Shown one piece after another: positions 9,648 to 19,698 of a DNA stretch of 64,000 nucleotides. The notes beneath the pieces are model-generated. The model saw nothing but the letters and a program-made list of their open reading frames with translations, was not told where the DNA came from and did no database searches. The stretch covers positions 186,001 to 250,000 of the forward strand of contig CAZCME010000003.1 in the NCBI GenBank assembly GCA_964499705.1, written 5' to 3'. This DNA comes from an uncultured bacterium (lineage in GTDB: Bacteria > UBA8481). The translations under genes were made by a program, and so were the position numbers. Each line of letters begins with the position of its first letter. The first letter of the stretch is position 1.

Positions 9648-9689
9648 TGGGATTGCGGCTATCCGCCCTGCCGGAGCATAATGCCTGTC

Positions 9690-12014
9690 ATGCAAACCAA
9701 GGCCCGTGGAGATCGGCGCACTGAGAAGCGGAAATATCAGGCGGCTCTTCTCGTCGGGTTATTCGCCGGTCTTTTCGCGTTCAGCCTCACTCGCCTAGAC
9801 CTCATGACCACCCTGGAGCGCCAGACAATGGACATGCGATTCCGCGCTCTCGCATCACGATCGGAGGCGACGGACAGGATCGTCGTCGTCGACATCGATG
9901 AGAAGTCGATCGAGGCGTTGGAGCCTGACTTCGGCCGTTGGCCATGGCCGCGTGATGCGCACGCGGCCGTCGTCGAGTATCTGAACCGCGCGGGAGCGAA
10001 GGTCATCGCGTTCGACGTGCTTTTCTCCGAACGCACTTCCCGCCGCGAGATCGATCGCGGCGTCTGGTCGGCTCTCATGCGCGATGCGCATGCCCTGCAA
10101 GAGGCTCCGACGCGCGACCGGGCGTCGGTCCTCTCGAAGGAACTGGCCAAGCTTGATCCTGCCGCTGGAGATGATGCGCTGGCGCAGGCCTCCGCCGCGG
10201 CAGGCAAGGTGCTCTATGCCATGATCTTTCGCGAGGATAATCCGGCCGCGATGTCGGACACGATGACGGCCTTGCTGAAGGAAAAATCCCTCTCTCAAAC
10301 TTTGAGCGATGCGAGATCGTCCGCCGCCCTCGGCGAACGTGCCGCCTATTCTTCCATGACGCTGCCGTTGTCCGATCTGGCCGCTGCGTCCGCCGGTTTG
10401 GGACATACCAATCTTCATCCCGATCCGGATGGGCCGGCCCGGAGCACGTTCCCCATCCTGGGTTGCGGAGACGTTCTCATCCCTTCGCTGCCGGTCGCCG
10501 CCGCATCTCTGGCGCTGGGATCTCCCATTAGTTCCATCAGGGTGGAACCCGGGCGCCTCGTGATCGCGGACCGTTCCGTTCCGCTGGATGAGGAGGGACG
10601 GATGGACATCCTCTACCAGGGAGGCGATTCGGTTCTGGAGGGGCGGTTGTACAAGAAAGTTTCCTATGCCGATGTGCTCCTGTCCTATCTCGTGCAGGGA
10701 ACGGGTCGTCCTCCTCCCGTTTCGCCCGAATGCTTTCGCGACAAGATCGTCCTTATCGGAACATCCGCGACAGGACTCTTCGATCTTCGCGCCACGCCTT
10801 TCTCCGCGGTGACCCCCGGCGTCGAGATTCATTGTCATGTGCTCGATGACATCCTCGCCGGACGATTCCTGGTTCGTCCTCCCTCCTGGATTGCGCCTCT
10901 TCTGATCCTCGCGCTCTCGCTGGCCGTGGCGATCCTGGGCGGTCACCTGAGACCGCTGATCGGACTCCTGGCCGCCGCGGGGCTCATTCTCCTGCATGTT
11001 CTGACCGCGGCACTTCTCTTCCGCTTTTTCAATCTCGCGCTCGACATCGCGTCACCCGTCCTCGGTGCCTCTCTTTCCTACATGGGAATCGCGGTCTACA
11101 GGTATCGGACGGAGCTGAGAAACAAGCAGCAGATCCGGGGCATGATGGGGAAATATGTACCGGCCGCGGTCATGGAGGAAATCCTCGCGAATCCGGAGAA
11201 GCTGAAGCTGGGCGGCGAGCGGAGGACGGTCTCCATTCTCTTCAGCGACGTCGTGGGCTTCACGACGCTTTCCGATCAACTGCCCCCGGAGGAAGTCGCT
11301 CTCCTCTTGAACGAATATCTCACGATGATGACGGAGTGCGTCTTCGCAAACGAAGGAACACTCGACAAGTTCATCGGCGACGCGATCATGGCCGAGTTCG
11401 GAGCTCCGGTTGAGCAACCCGATCACGCGGCGCGCGCGTGCCGCGCGGCATGGGCGATGCGTTCGGCGCTCGGGCGGCTCCATGAAAAATGGCGCGCCGA
11501 AAAGAAGCCCGTCCTGGAATGCCGGATCGGGATCGGCACGGGGGAAGCCATCATCGGCAACATGGGATCCGACCAGCTCTTCGATTACACCGCGATCGGG
11601 AGGATTGTGAACACGGCCGCACGCCTCGAGCCGCTCTGCAAGGATTTCCGCGTCCCCATCCTCGTGTCCGACGTGACGCGAAAATCCGCCGAACGGGATG
11701 ATGCGGAGCTGGTCTTCCGGGAGGTGGCGCTCGTGCGCGTGAAGGGAGTGGAACATCCCGAGGCGGTTCATGAGCTCCTGGGATTGCGCAGCCACCTGGA
11801 TCCTTCCCGGGCCGCCTGCCTCGATCAGTTCAAGCGCGCGCTCGAATTCTATCGCCGAGGAGCCCTTGCTGATGCCCGTTCAGGATTTGAAGCGGCCCTT
11901 CAGGTCCGCCCGGAGGACGGCCCCGCCGCGGTTCTGCTGGCGCTCTGCGAGGAAGCTATCGCGAGACCGGTGAATGAAGTCTGGACGGGGGTTTACGAGC
12001 AGAAATCCAAGTGA
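9690..12014 (+). CDS. CHASE2-domain class III adenylate cyclase with C-terminal TPR-like tail
   Basis: IDEKS..GRWPWPR, PGVEIH (CHASE2); 3 TM; FSDVVGFT, DKFIGDA, YTAIG..VNTAARLE; start 9690 because the upstream ORF extension runs through the repeat. Confidence 0.92.
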   Translation: MQTKARGDRRTEKRKYQAALLVGLFAGLFAFSLTRLDLMTTLERQTMDMRFRALASRSEATDRIVVVDIDEKSIEALEPDFGRWPWPRDAHAAVVEYLNRAGAKVIAFDVLFSERTSRREIDRGVWSALMRDAHALQEAPTRDRASVLSKELAKLDPAAGDDALAQASAAAGKVLYAMIFREDNPAAMSDTMTALLKEKSLSQTLSDARSSAALGERAAYSSMTLPLSDLAAASAGLGHTNLHPDPDGPARSTFPILGCGDVLIPSLPVAAASLALGSPISSIRVEPGRLVIADRSVPLDEEGRMDILYQGGDSVLEGRLYKKVSYADVLLSYLVQGTGRPPPVSPECFRDKIVLIGTSATGLFDLRATPFSAVTPGVEIHCHVLDDILAGRFLVRPPSWIAPLLILALSLAVAILGGHLRPLIGLLAAAGLILLHVLTAALLFRFFNLALDIASPVLGASLSYMGIAVYRYRTELRNKQQIRGMMGKYVPAAVMEEILANPEKLKLGGERRTVSILFSDVVGFTTLSDQLPPEEVALLLNEYLTMMTECVFANEGTLDKFIGDAIMAEFGAPVEQPDHAARACRAAWAMRSALGRLHEKWRAEKKPVLECRIGIGTGEAIIGNMGSDQLFDYTAIGRIVNTAARLEPLCKDFRVPILVSDVTRKSAERDDAELVFREVALVRVKGVEHPEAVHELLGLRSHLDPSRAACLDQFKRALEFYRRGALADARSGFEAALQVRPEDGPAAVLLALCEEAIARPVNEVWTGVYEQKSK

Positions 12015-12053
12015 GAAAAATGAGGGATGAAGTGGAATTGCTTCATCCCTTTC

Positions 12054-12626
12054 CTATCTCGACATCTTCCTCATGATGGCGCCCGCGACCGAGGGATCCA
12101 TTTCCGCCAGGATCGAGGCGACATTCCGCTCCGGCATGCGCCGGAAAATCTCGATCACGAGGAGATCCTCCTGCTGCGAAAGAACCTTCGCCGCGGACGC
12201 GGGTCGCATGGCGAGATAGGACCGCACGGCCCGGCCGTACTGTTTTTCCTTGTCCGCGTAATCCTTTTCCCGCTCGTCCAGCGCCAGCTCTCTCCGCTCC
12301 AGTTCCCCTTCCCACTGGGACAGTCGCGAACGGTCTTCATTCAGGAGCCCTTCCGCTTTCTTGAGCTCTTCCTCTTTCTTCTTCAGGAGCGCCCAGCGAT
12401 CCTCGCGGGCGCGCTCCTCGGAGAGCCGCTCGATCTCGCGCAGTTCTTCCGCCGGCGCGCTTGCCGGGGCCGTGATGTAATGTCCCACGTATGGGATCCT
12501 GCTGCCCATGGTCCGGAGCGGTTCGCGGATTTCTATGAGCCCCTGGTCTTCCGCGAACGTGAGGACGGCGCCGATCATGCCGAGTATCAGGATCAACAGG
12601 ACCGCGGCAATGAGCTTGGTCTGCAT
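12054..12626 (-). CDS. MotE/FlbB/YlxF-like flagellar protein (TM, coiled coil, MgtE_N-like)
   Basis: N-terminal TM, long coiled coil, MRPASAAKVL...ILAEMDP; last gene of the fla operon. Confidence 0.75.
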   Translation of the reverse strand: MQTKLIAAVLLILILGMIGAVLTFAEDQGLIEIREPLRTMGSRIPYVGHYITAPASAPAEELREIERLSEERAREDRWALLKKKEEELKKAEGLLNEDRSRLSQWEGELERRELALDEREKDYADKEKQYGRAVRSYLAMRPASAAKVLSQQEDLLVIEIFRRMPERNVASILAEMDPSVAGAIMRKMSR

Positions 12627-12627
12627 C

Positions 12628-13182
12628 TTATTCTCCGGCCGATTCGTCGCCGAAATCGGCGAGGATGCGGCTGACGTAGTTCCGCGTCTCCGTGTAAGGA
12701 GGCACGCCGCCGTAATTGTCGACCGCGCCCGGCCCGGCGTTGTACGCGGCGAGGGCCTTCCTGACGTCGCCGTTATAGCGGTCGAGCATCATGCGGAGAT
12801 ACCGGCCGCCGCCGTCGATGGACTGGCCGGCGTCGAAGGGATCGGTCACGCCCAGGAGCTGCTGCGTCTCCGGCATGATCTGCATGATTCCCTGCGCGCC
12901 CTTCGGGGAAACCGCGCGGGAGTTGAAGGACGATTCGCGCCGCGCGACGGATTCCAGGAGCTTGGGCGGAATGTTATACCGGGCCGCGACCTGGTCGATG
13001 ATGGGGCGGAGCGATTCGGGAGCGGAGGAAGCGTTCTCGCCGGTTGCGTTCGCCATGACGCTCGCGAAGCTGGCCGACGGATCGGGTTTCGCGCCGTCGG
13101 GCGATTGTCCGAGCATGGACGAGATCTTCTTCTGGATCTCGTCGATTCTCCTGAACGCGTCGGAGACGCCTCCGGTCTTCAT
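12628..13182 (-). CDS. SLT-domain lytic transglycosylase
   Basis: RESSFN, SPKGAQGIMQIMP, AAYNAG, ETRNYV; ATGA overlap with fliJ. Confidence 0.92.
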   Translation of the reverse strand: MKTGGVSDAFRRIDEIQKKISSMLGQSPDGAKPDPSASFASVMANATGENASSAPESLRPIIDQVAARYNIPPKLLESVARRESSFNSRAVSPKGAQGIMQIMPETQQLLGVTDPFDAGQSIDGGGRYLRMMLDRYNGDVRKALAAYNAGPGAVDNYGGVPPYTETRNYVSRILADFGDESAGE

Positions 13183-13718
13183 GACGCCAGCCTTTCTTCG
13201 ATGGGGGTCGACTCCGCCCGACCGGATGGAGGAAGTGTCGCGCGCGCCAAGGATGGCGCAGTAGCGACCGCGCGCTGTTCGCTCCGGAGAAACGAGTTCA
13301 AGCCCGTCTCGTCGAGCTCGTTCTGTTCCCGGTCCAGCTCCTCTTTGCGCCACTCCTCGTGGCGGCGTTCCCGGAGCCGTTCCAGGACCCTTCTTCGCTT
13401 TCTCGCTTCCACCAGTATCACCCTTGCCTTCTCATAATTCTCGGTCGCCACCGCCACCGCCTTGATCGAATCATCTTCTCGGCGAAGAAGCCCGAGCCGG
13501 TATTCGTGCGAACGCACGAGGTCCCCGATCGTCGGCCGGCTCTTCATCATCCGCGCCGCTTCGTTCAGGGCTTCCTGCTGCTTATTCCGTACGTCCGCCA
13601 GCATGGCCTCCGCGGCCAGCTTTCGCTGCGTCGCCGCCGCGAACGCCATCCGCTCGCGTTCCTCCTGCCGCTTCCGCACCGCTAGAACACGCTCCAGCCT
13701 GAATCGAAACCTCGGCAT
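13179..13718 (-). CDS. fliJ: Flagellar export protein FliJ
   Basis: FRFRLERVL start, EQNELDE; follows fliI. Confidence 0.9.
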   Translation of the reverse strand: MPRFRFRLERVLAVRKRQEERERMAFAAATQRKLAAEAMLADVRNKQQEALNEAARMMKSRPTIGDLVRSHEYRLGLLRREDDSIKAVAVATENYEKARVILVEARKRRRVLERLRERRHEEWRKEELDREQNELDETGLNSFLRSEQRAVATAPSLARATLPPSGRAESTPIEERLAS

Positions 13719-13724
13719 CTCTCG

Positions 13725-15050
13725 TTACGCTCCGAGCGCCGTGAGCGCTTTCAGCGTCGCGTCGTACGGCGATCCGTCGTCGACGCGCTGCTTCAGGAAA
13801 TCCTCGATGGAGCGGATGCGCTTCTTCGCGTCGTCGATCCGCGGATCGCTGCCGTCGACATAGGCGCCGATCCGGATGAGATCCTCCGCGTCCTTGTACA
13901 CCGCGGTCAGTTCCTTCACGCGGCCCGCGAGTTCCACCTGCCGACGCTCGACGATGTCGTTCATGAGGCGGGAGATGGACTGGAGGATGTCGACGGCGGG
14001 ATAGTGATTGCGGGAGGCGAGTTCGCGCGACAGCACCACGTGGCCGTCGAGGATGCCGCGGACGTTGTCGGCGACGGGCTCGTTCATGTCGTCGGAATCG
14101 ACGAGGACGGTGTAGAGCCCCGTGATGGAGCCGCGCTCCGCGGTGCCCGCGCGTTCTAGGAGCTTCGGCAGCGTCGAAAAGACGCTCGGAGGAAAGCTAC
14201 GCAGGCCCGGCGGTTCGCCGACCGAGAGCGCGACCTCGCGAAGAGCGCGGCAGTAACGCGTGACGGAATCCATGAGGAGCAGCACATCCTTGCCCTGGTC
14301 CCGGAAAAATTCGGCGATCGTCGTGGCGACGTAGGCGGCGCGCGCCCTGACGAGCGGCGGCTTGTCCGACGTGGCGACGATGACCACGGATTTCCTGAGG
14401 CCTTCCGGTCCCAGGTCGCGCTCGATGAAGTCGCGCACCTCGCGTCCGCGTTCGCCGACGAGCGAGACGACGACGACATCTGCCGCGGTGTACCGGGCCA
14501 TCATCCCCAGGACGGTCGATTTGCCGACGCCGGATCCGGAGAAGATCCCGACGCGCTGGCCGCGGCCGACAGTGAGGATTCCATCGATGGCGCGGATCCC
14601 GAGCGGAAGAATTTCATGGACCCGGGGTCGGCGCACGGGATCGGGAGGTTCGCGGAATACGGAGACGGGCCGGGTTCCCGAGAGCGGCGGCCCGTCGTCG
14701 ATCGGTCGGCCCAGGCCGTCCAGGACGCGTCCGAGGAGCTCCCAGCCGACTTCGGCCTCGATCGGATGCCCCGTCGCGATGACGGCATCGCCGGGAGACA
14801 CGCCGGTCATTTCTCCGACGGGCATCAGGATGGTTCTTCCTTCCTTGAAGCCCACGACTTCCGCGAGCACGTCGTGGTCTCCGCCGGTTTTCGTTGCGGC
14901 GCGGACAAGACAGACGTCGCCGATCGACGCCTGCGGCCCGCTCGATTCGATTGTGAGCCCCACGACGCGCGTGACGACGCCGCCCTTGCGGATCGGCTTC
15001 GCCTTGTGGACGGCCGAAGCCATTTCGTTCATGAGCATCGCGCTGGTCAT
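13725..15050 (-). CDS. fliI: Flagellar export ATPase
   Basis: GSGVGKS, GERGREV, MDSVTR, DGHVVLSR. Confidence 0.96.
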   Translation of the reverse strand: MTSAMLMNEMASAVHKAKPIRKGGVVTRVVGLTIESSGPQASIGDVCLVRAATKTGGDHDVLAEVVGFKEGRTILMPVGEMTGVSPGDAVIATGHPIEAEVGWELLGRVLDGLGRPIDDGPPLSGTRPVSVFREPPDPVRRPRVHEILPLGIRAIDGILTVGRGQRVGIFSGSGVGKSTVLGMMARYTAADVVVVSLVGERGREVRDFIERDLGPEGLRKSVVIVATSDKPPLVRARAAYVATTIAEFFRDQGKDVLLLMDSVTRYCRALREVALSVGEPPGLRSFPPSVFSTLPKLLERAGTAERGSITGLYTVLVDSDDMNEPVADNVRGILDGHVVLSRELASRNHYPAVDILQSISRLMNDIVERRQVELAGRVKELTAVYKDAEDLIRIGAYVDGSDPRIDDAKKRIRSIEDFLKQRVDDGSPYDATLKALTALGA

Positions 15051-15059
15051 CTTATGCGT

Positions 15060-15887
15060 TCAACTTTCCGATTCTTTTTCCGGTGCCGCGGAATCCTGAG
15101 GCGAGTGCTGCGCGACCTTCACGCGGACTTCGCGGAGAATTTCCGAGAGCTGTGTTTCGAGGCGGGCATCGACGCGGCCGAACGAAGTCTCGATGAGGAC
15201 GCCGCCCGGCGAGATGGCGGGATCGGCCGTGACGGAGACATCGGAGAGATTATCCACCATGTTCATGATATCCGCTTCGTATTCGGTCGCGGCGGACAGG
15301 TCGTCCGGATGAACCCTCAGGGTGATCCTGTCGACGGCGGAAATCTCGCCCACGGCTTCATCGATGGTTCTCTTCACGAGATCGCGGTCGATCTCGATCC
15401 GCCCGCGGATGAGGCGTTCGAGAATGACCGTGGTGATATCGAGGATGCCGTTGGCGGCGGATCGGAGGTAGGCGTCCTTCATCGCGCGGAGATCCTGCTC
15501 GGCTTTCTCGAATATCCGCAGAATCCTGTCGACCGCTGCCAAGGCCTCCTTCCGCGCGAATTCCTTCGCGGCGTTCACGCCGTTCGCGCGGGCATGTTCC
15601 TCGATCCGCGCCTGCTCGTTTCGCGCGCCGCCCACGATCGCGACCGCCGTCTCGCGCGCCTGCTGCAGGATCGAGGCGGCTTCCTGCTTCGCGGCCTCGA
15701 TGATCTGTTCGCGGTCCAGTCTCGCCTGCTTCGTCCGCTCCGTGGCCTGCTGCGAAATGCGCATCCGGAGGGCGATGCGCTTCCGCTCGCCTTCCTCGCT
15801 CCGTTCGGAGGATATCCCGGGCCGGAGGGGCAGCTGGACGGGTTCGCTGTTTTCTTCCGCCGTCCCCGCGCGGATGATGTTGGCCAT
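15060..15887 (-). CDS. fliH: Flagellar assembly protein FliH
   Basis: Ala-rich coiled coil; VHPDD...GGVLIET..G.VDA; between fliG and fliI. Confidence 0.9.
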   Translation of the reverse strand: MANIIRAGTAEENSEPVQLPLRPGISSERSEEGERKRIALRMRISQQATERTKQARLDREQIIEAAKQEAASILQQARETAVAIVGGARNEQARIEEHARANGVNAAKEFARKEALAAVDRILRIFEKAEQDLRAMKDAYLRSAANGILDITTVILERLIRGRIEIDRDLVKRTIDEAVGEISAVDRITLRVHPDDLSAATEYEADIMNMVDNLSDVSVTADPAISPGGVLIETSFGRVDARLETQLSEILREVRVKVAQHSPQDSAAPEKESES

Positions 15888-16906
15888 CAGACGACCAGTT
15901 GTTCTTCTCCGCCTCGGGCGATGACGATGTCGCCCGCGTCCTCGAGCTTGCGGATGACGTTGACGATGCGTTGCTGCGCATCCTCGACGTCACGGAGCCG
16001 CACCGGCCCCATGAACTCCATGTCCTCCGCGAGCATCGCGGCGGCGCGACGGGACATGTTGGCGAAGATCTTGTCCTTTACGGCGTCATCGACGGCCTTC
16101 AAAGCCAGGGCCAGTTCCTTCGAATCGACTTCCCGCAGGACCTGCTGGATGTCGCGGTCCGACAGGAGCGTTACGTCTTCGAAGACGAACATCCTCTTCT
16201 TGATCTCCTCGGCCAGCTCCGGATCGTCCTCCTCAAGCGCCTCGATGATCGATTTCTCCGTGCCGCGGTCCACAAGGTTGATGACCTCGACGATCGCGTC
16301 GACGCCTCCGGCGGACGTGTACTCCTCGTTCACGAGCGAACTGAGCTTGCGCTCGAGAACGCGCTCGATGTCGCGGATGATGTCCGGCGATGTCCGGTCC
16401 ATCTGCGCGATGCGCTTGGCGACGTTGGCCTGGATCTCCTCGGGCAGGTGCGTCAGGATCTGGGAGCTGATCTGCGGCTGGAGATAGGAGAGGATCAAGG
16501 CGATCGTCTGCGGATGTTCGCCCTGGATGAAGTTGAGGAGCTGCGAAGGATCGGCGTTCCGGATGAAGTCGAAGGGCCGGACCTGGAGGCTCGTCGTAAG
16601 GCGGTTGATGATATCGATGGCGCGGTCCGGACCCAGCGCTTTTTCCAGGATGTCGCGCGCGTACTCGATGCCGCCCTGGCTGATGAATTCCTGAGCGAGC
16701 ATCATTTCCTGGAATTCGACGAGGATCCGGTCCCGATCCTCGGCCTCGACCTTGTCGATCCGGGCGATCTCCAGCGTCAACTGCTCGATCTCCTCGTCAC
16801 GCAGATGCTTGAAGATCTCGGAAGAGATGTCCTGACCCATCGACACGAGAAGGATCGCGGCCTTTTTCTTGCCGGACATTCGGACGAAATTAGCGGGATT
16901 GGCCAT
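15887..16906 (-). CDS. fliG: Flagellar motor switch protein FliG
   Basis: KAAILL, EHPQTIA, MFVFED, GPVRLRDVE. Confidence 0.97.
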   Translation of the reverse strand: MANPANFVRMSGKKKAAILLVSMGQDISSEIFKHLRDEEIEQLTLEIARIDKVEAEDRDRILVEFQEMMLAQEFISQGGIEYARDILEKALGPDRAIDIINRLTTSLQVRPFDFIRNADPSQLLNFIQGEHPQTIALILSYLQPQISSQILTHLPEEIQANVAKRIAQMDRTSPDIIRDIERVLERKLSSLVNEEYTSAGGVDAIVEVINLVDRGTEKSIIEALEEDDPELAEEIKKRMFVFEDVTLLSDRDIQQVLREVDSKELALALKAVDDAVKDKIFANMSRRAAAMLAEDMEFMGPVRLRDVEDAQQRIVNVIRKLEDAGDIVIARGGEEQLVV

Positions 16907-16961
16907 GGTTTATACGCCTATTATACCAGAAGGGCCGGAGCGCAGGAGAAGCGAAACATCA

Positions 16962-18599
16962 TCACGTGGCGGCAGGAGGCGGTTCCTCGGCCAGCCATGT
17001 CCGGACGAGATCCGCGACGATCTGCGGCTTGGCCCGGGCCAGCGAAGAGGCGCGCCGCTGGATCTCCTGGCGCTCCTGGTCCTCCAGGGAAATTTCCCCG
17101 GCCAACCCCGCTTCGGCCGAAGCCAGGGCCCTCTGTCGATCAAGCTCCCGCGTTCGCGCCATCTCCTCTTCCCGCAGGCGCACAGATTTGCGCCACATCA
17201 TGAGGAGCATGATGAAGCCGAGGAGAAGAGGAATGGAGAAGAGCGTGTACGTGAGGAGCTTCTTCTGGAATTCGCCGGCCGCGCGCACCGCGTCGGCTTC
17301 CTTGAACTCCCGGTCACGGCTCCACGGCACGTTCAGCACCTCGACGACATCGCCGCGTTCCGGCCGGAGCCCCAGGGCCGCGGAAACGAGGGCCTTGATC
17401 TTGTCCATCTCTTCCGGAGCGCGCGCTGTGTATGCCCTGGACAGGGTGCCCGCGGTGTCCGTGATTTCCTTCCACGATCCATCCACCGCGACGGAAGCGG
17501 ACATTCGTTTCAGGAAAGGAGATTGAATCCGTTCCGTGATGGTCTTGTTCGCCAGGTAATTGATGATCTCCTCGGACCGCGAGTAATCCACCGGCCCGAT
17601 GCCGGAGACCGAGTTGTAGACGGGAGGCACGTTCGCGTTGACGCCCGGCTCGCCGCCGGGTCGCAATCCCTGCCCCTTTAATGTCTCCGATGTTTTCTGC
17701 TGGCCCTGCAATAACTGGTCGAAGTCCGATTTGGAATACTCCTCGCCGAGAATTTTGACGGCGTCGAATTCGAACTCGACCTGCGCGGCGACCGTGAATT
17801 TGTCGTTGCCGAGAACGGGGCCGAGAACCGTCCGGATCTTGTCCTCGAGCGCGCGTTCCGTGACGTGGACGACTTCTCCCTGCTTGGTCGTGATGGCGCC
17901 GCCCGGCATGCCGCCGTCGTCGTCCGCCAGCAGAGGTCTCATGTAATTGTCCGTCAGGTTGACGTTGGCTTCATCGAGGCCCGGGAAACCGCCCGCGATG
18001 ATGCTCCGAATCGCGCGGATCTGTTCATTGTCGAGCTTGGCGCCGGATTTCAGGGTCAATACGACCGAGGCCGTCCGGGTCATCTTGTCGTCCTGGAAGG
18101 GATTGTCGTTTTCGACGTAGGGCACGGTGATGGAAATATCATCAACCTGGGAGTAGCTGCGGATAAGGCGGCGCATTTCCGACTTCAGGGCTTCGACTTC
18201 CCTGCGGCGCTGCTCGAATTCCGTGGAGGTGATGTTGAACTCGTCGAAGATCTGGAAACCCTTCTCGGATTTTCCGAAGAGCCCTTTTTCAGCGAGCGCG
18301 AGCGAGGCTTCGTTCCTCCTCTTCGCGTTCACCTCGATCGTCTTGCCTTCGTTCGTCAGCTGGTAGTCCGAGCCGAGCACGAAACCTTTGCGCTCGAGCT
18401 CCGCCTTGATTTCCGCCGCCTGCTGCAGCTCGAAATTTCCGAGGCTGACCCACTGGATCCTGTTGGCGAAGAGGATGAGGCCGAGGAAGAGGAGGAAAAG
18501 GGCGGCGCCCAATCCGCCGGCCCAAATTCTCTGGGGTCGCGAAAGCCTGGACCACAGCTCACGGACCTGCGCGACGATACGGCTAAAGAACTCGTTCAA
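16962..18599 (-). CDS. fliF: Flagellar MS-ring protein FliF
   Basis: Two TMs, GFQIFD, ASVVL, P..VADLVRTWL; TTG start. Confidence 0.92.
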   Translation of the reverse strand: MNEFFSRIVAQVRELWSRLSRPQRIWAGGLGAALFLLFLGLILFANRIQWVSLGNFELQQAAEIKAELERKGFVLGSDYQLTNEGKTIEVNAKRRNEASLALAEKGLFGKSEKGFQIFDEFNITSTEFEQRRREVEALKSEMRRLIRSYSQVDDISITVPYVENDNPFQDDKMTRTASVVLTLKSGAKLDNEQIRAIRSIIAGGFPGLDEANVNLTDNYMRPLLADDDGGMPGGAITTKQGEVVHVTERALEDKIRTVLGPVLGNDKFTVAAQVEFEFDAVKILGEEYSKSDFDQLLQGQQKTSETLKGQGLRPGGEPGVNANVPPVYNSVSGIGPVDYSRSEEIINYLANKTITERIQSPFLKRMSASVAVDGSWKEITDTAGTLSRAYTARAPEEMDKIKALVSAALGLRPERGDVVEVLNVPWSRDREFKEADAVRAAGEFQKKLLTYTLFSIPLLLGFIMLLMMWRKSVRLREEEMARTRELDRQRALASAEAGLAGEISLEDQERQEIQRRASSLARAKPQIVADLVRTWLAEEPPPAAT

Positions 18600-18808
18600 T
18601 GTTCATGCCCCGTTCTGTTCTGCATAGATGCTTCGTTCTTTTCCACAGGTTGTTCCGTCGAGGAGCTCGCCGTGAGCCCGGGGACGAAACAACCATTTCA
18701 ATTGACTACACTTGTATAGCTTCTATTCAGGTTCTTTATCAATGGAAATGTTCGCGGAAAATGCAGGCTGTGGAGAATGAGTGGATAAAGTGTCAGGAAT
18801 GCGGATCC

Positions 18809-18896
18809 AACCACGAAGACACAAAGACACAAAGAAAATGAAAATCCTTTAAAAATATATTTGAGATTCCCTTAGTGTCTTCGTGTCTTTGTGGTT
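18809..18896. repeat. REP-like inverted repeat (AACCACGAAGACACAAAGACACAAAG ... CTTAGTGTCTTCGTGTCTTTGTGGTT)
   Basis: 26-bp imperfect arms of 9-mer subrepeats around a 36-bp AT-rich spacer. Confidence 0.85.
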
Positions 18897-18922
18897 AAAA
18901 GATTTGATGTACCCTTAGGTAA

Positions 18923-19231
18923 CTATCTCAATTGCGACAACGTCTGGTAGGCCCTCAGCGCGAGATTTCTGACCTGCAGCGCCGTCTCGACGGCGAGATT
19001 GGCCTTGGCGCCGGCGATCATCACTTCGTGGATATTGTCCGTCCGCCCCGCGGCGAAGTCGCGCTGCAATTTCGCCGCATCCTGCGTGGCGCCGACGAGA
19101 TCGCCCAGTTTCTCGTCGAGGATATGGCTGAAGGTGTCGGCCAGGCTCGCGCCCGCACCCTTGGACTCCTCATCCTTCTTCGGCTTCTGAAACGCCTCGG
19201 GCATCTTCGGCGTCAACTTCATGAGATCCAT
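18923..19231 (-). CDS. fliE: Flagellar hook-basal body protein FliE
   Basis: IHEVMIA..KA......QVRN...AYQ; ATG 19231 just after flgC stop. Confidence 0.9.
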   Translation of the reverse strand: MDLMKLTPKMPEAFQKPKKDEESKGAGASLADTFSHILDEKLGDLVGATQDAAKLQRDFAAGRTDNIHEVMIAGAKANLAVETALQVRNLALRAYQTLSQLR

Positions 19232-19233
19232 GG

Positions 19234-19698
19234 TCACTGTCCGATCCGGAGCGTCTCCGTCCACATTGTACGGAAATCGCGGATCGACGTCACGTTCGCT
19301 TCGTAGGCGCGCGAAGCGTCGATCATGTCGACCATCTCCGTCACGATGTCCACGTCGGGATACACGACATACCCCTCCGCGTTCGCGTCCGCATGCCCGG
19401 GTTCGTACCGCCAGTATTTCTGCGCGATCGGCCCGTCCTGCTCGTTCACATCCACGATCCGGACTCCGGTTCCAGGCTCGTTCGTGATGCCGCCGGCGTT
19501 TTCGACGAGCGGAATCTGGAAGCGGATCGGATTGTGCCGCGGTTCGAAGATGACGTGCTGTTTCCGGTACGGGCCGGGCAGGCCGTCGCCGCGGCGCGTG
19601 GTGTCGGCATTGGCGATGTTGTTGGCGATGACATCGAGCCTTGTCCGTTGAGCGGAGAGGCCCGAGGCGGCGGTGAACAGGGGGAGAAAGGCGCTCAT
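19234..19698 (-). CDS. flgC: Flagellar basal-body rod protein FlgC
   Basis: ASGLSAQR..ANNIANADT, EMVDMIDASRAYEAN. Confidence 0.95.
   Translation of the reverse strand: MSAFLPLFTAASGLSAQRTRLDVIANNIANADTTRRGDGLPGPYRKQHVIFEPRHNPIRFQIPLVENAGGITNEPGTGVRIVDVNEQDGPIAQKYWRYEPGHADANAEGYVVYPDVDIVTEMVDMIDASRAYEANVTSIRDFRTMWTETLRIGQ

Noticed and set aside
9522-9689. N-terminal extension of the cyclase ORF (ILPILPILL)
   Set aside because: It is the translation of the MITE subrepeats; a promoter sits directly before ATG 9690.
14616-16487. Long antisense ORFs (e.g. 14616-16487 +, 52217-54412 -, 872-2278 -, 25319-26782 -)
   Set aside because: Shadow frames of well-supported genes in GC-rich DNA; no motifs.
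13725-18599. Injectisome-type T3SS
   Set aside because: flgB, flgC, fliE and fliG context shows the system is flagellar.
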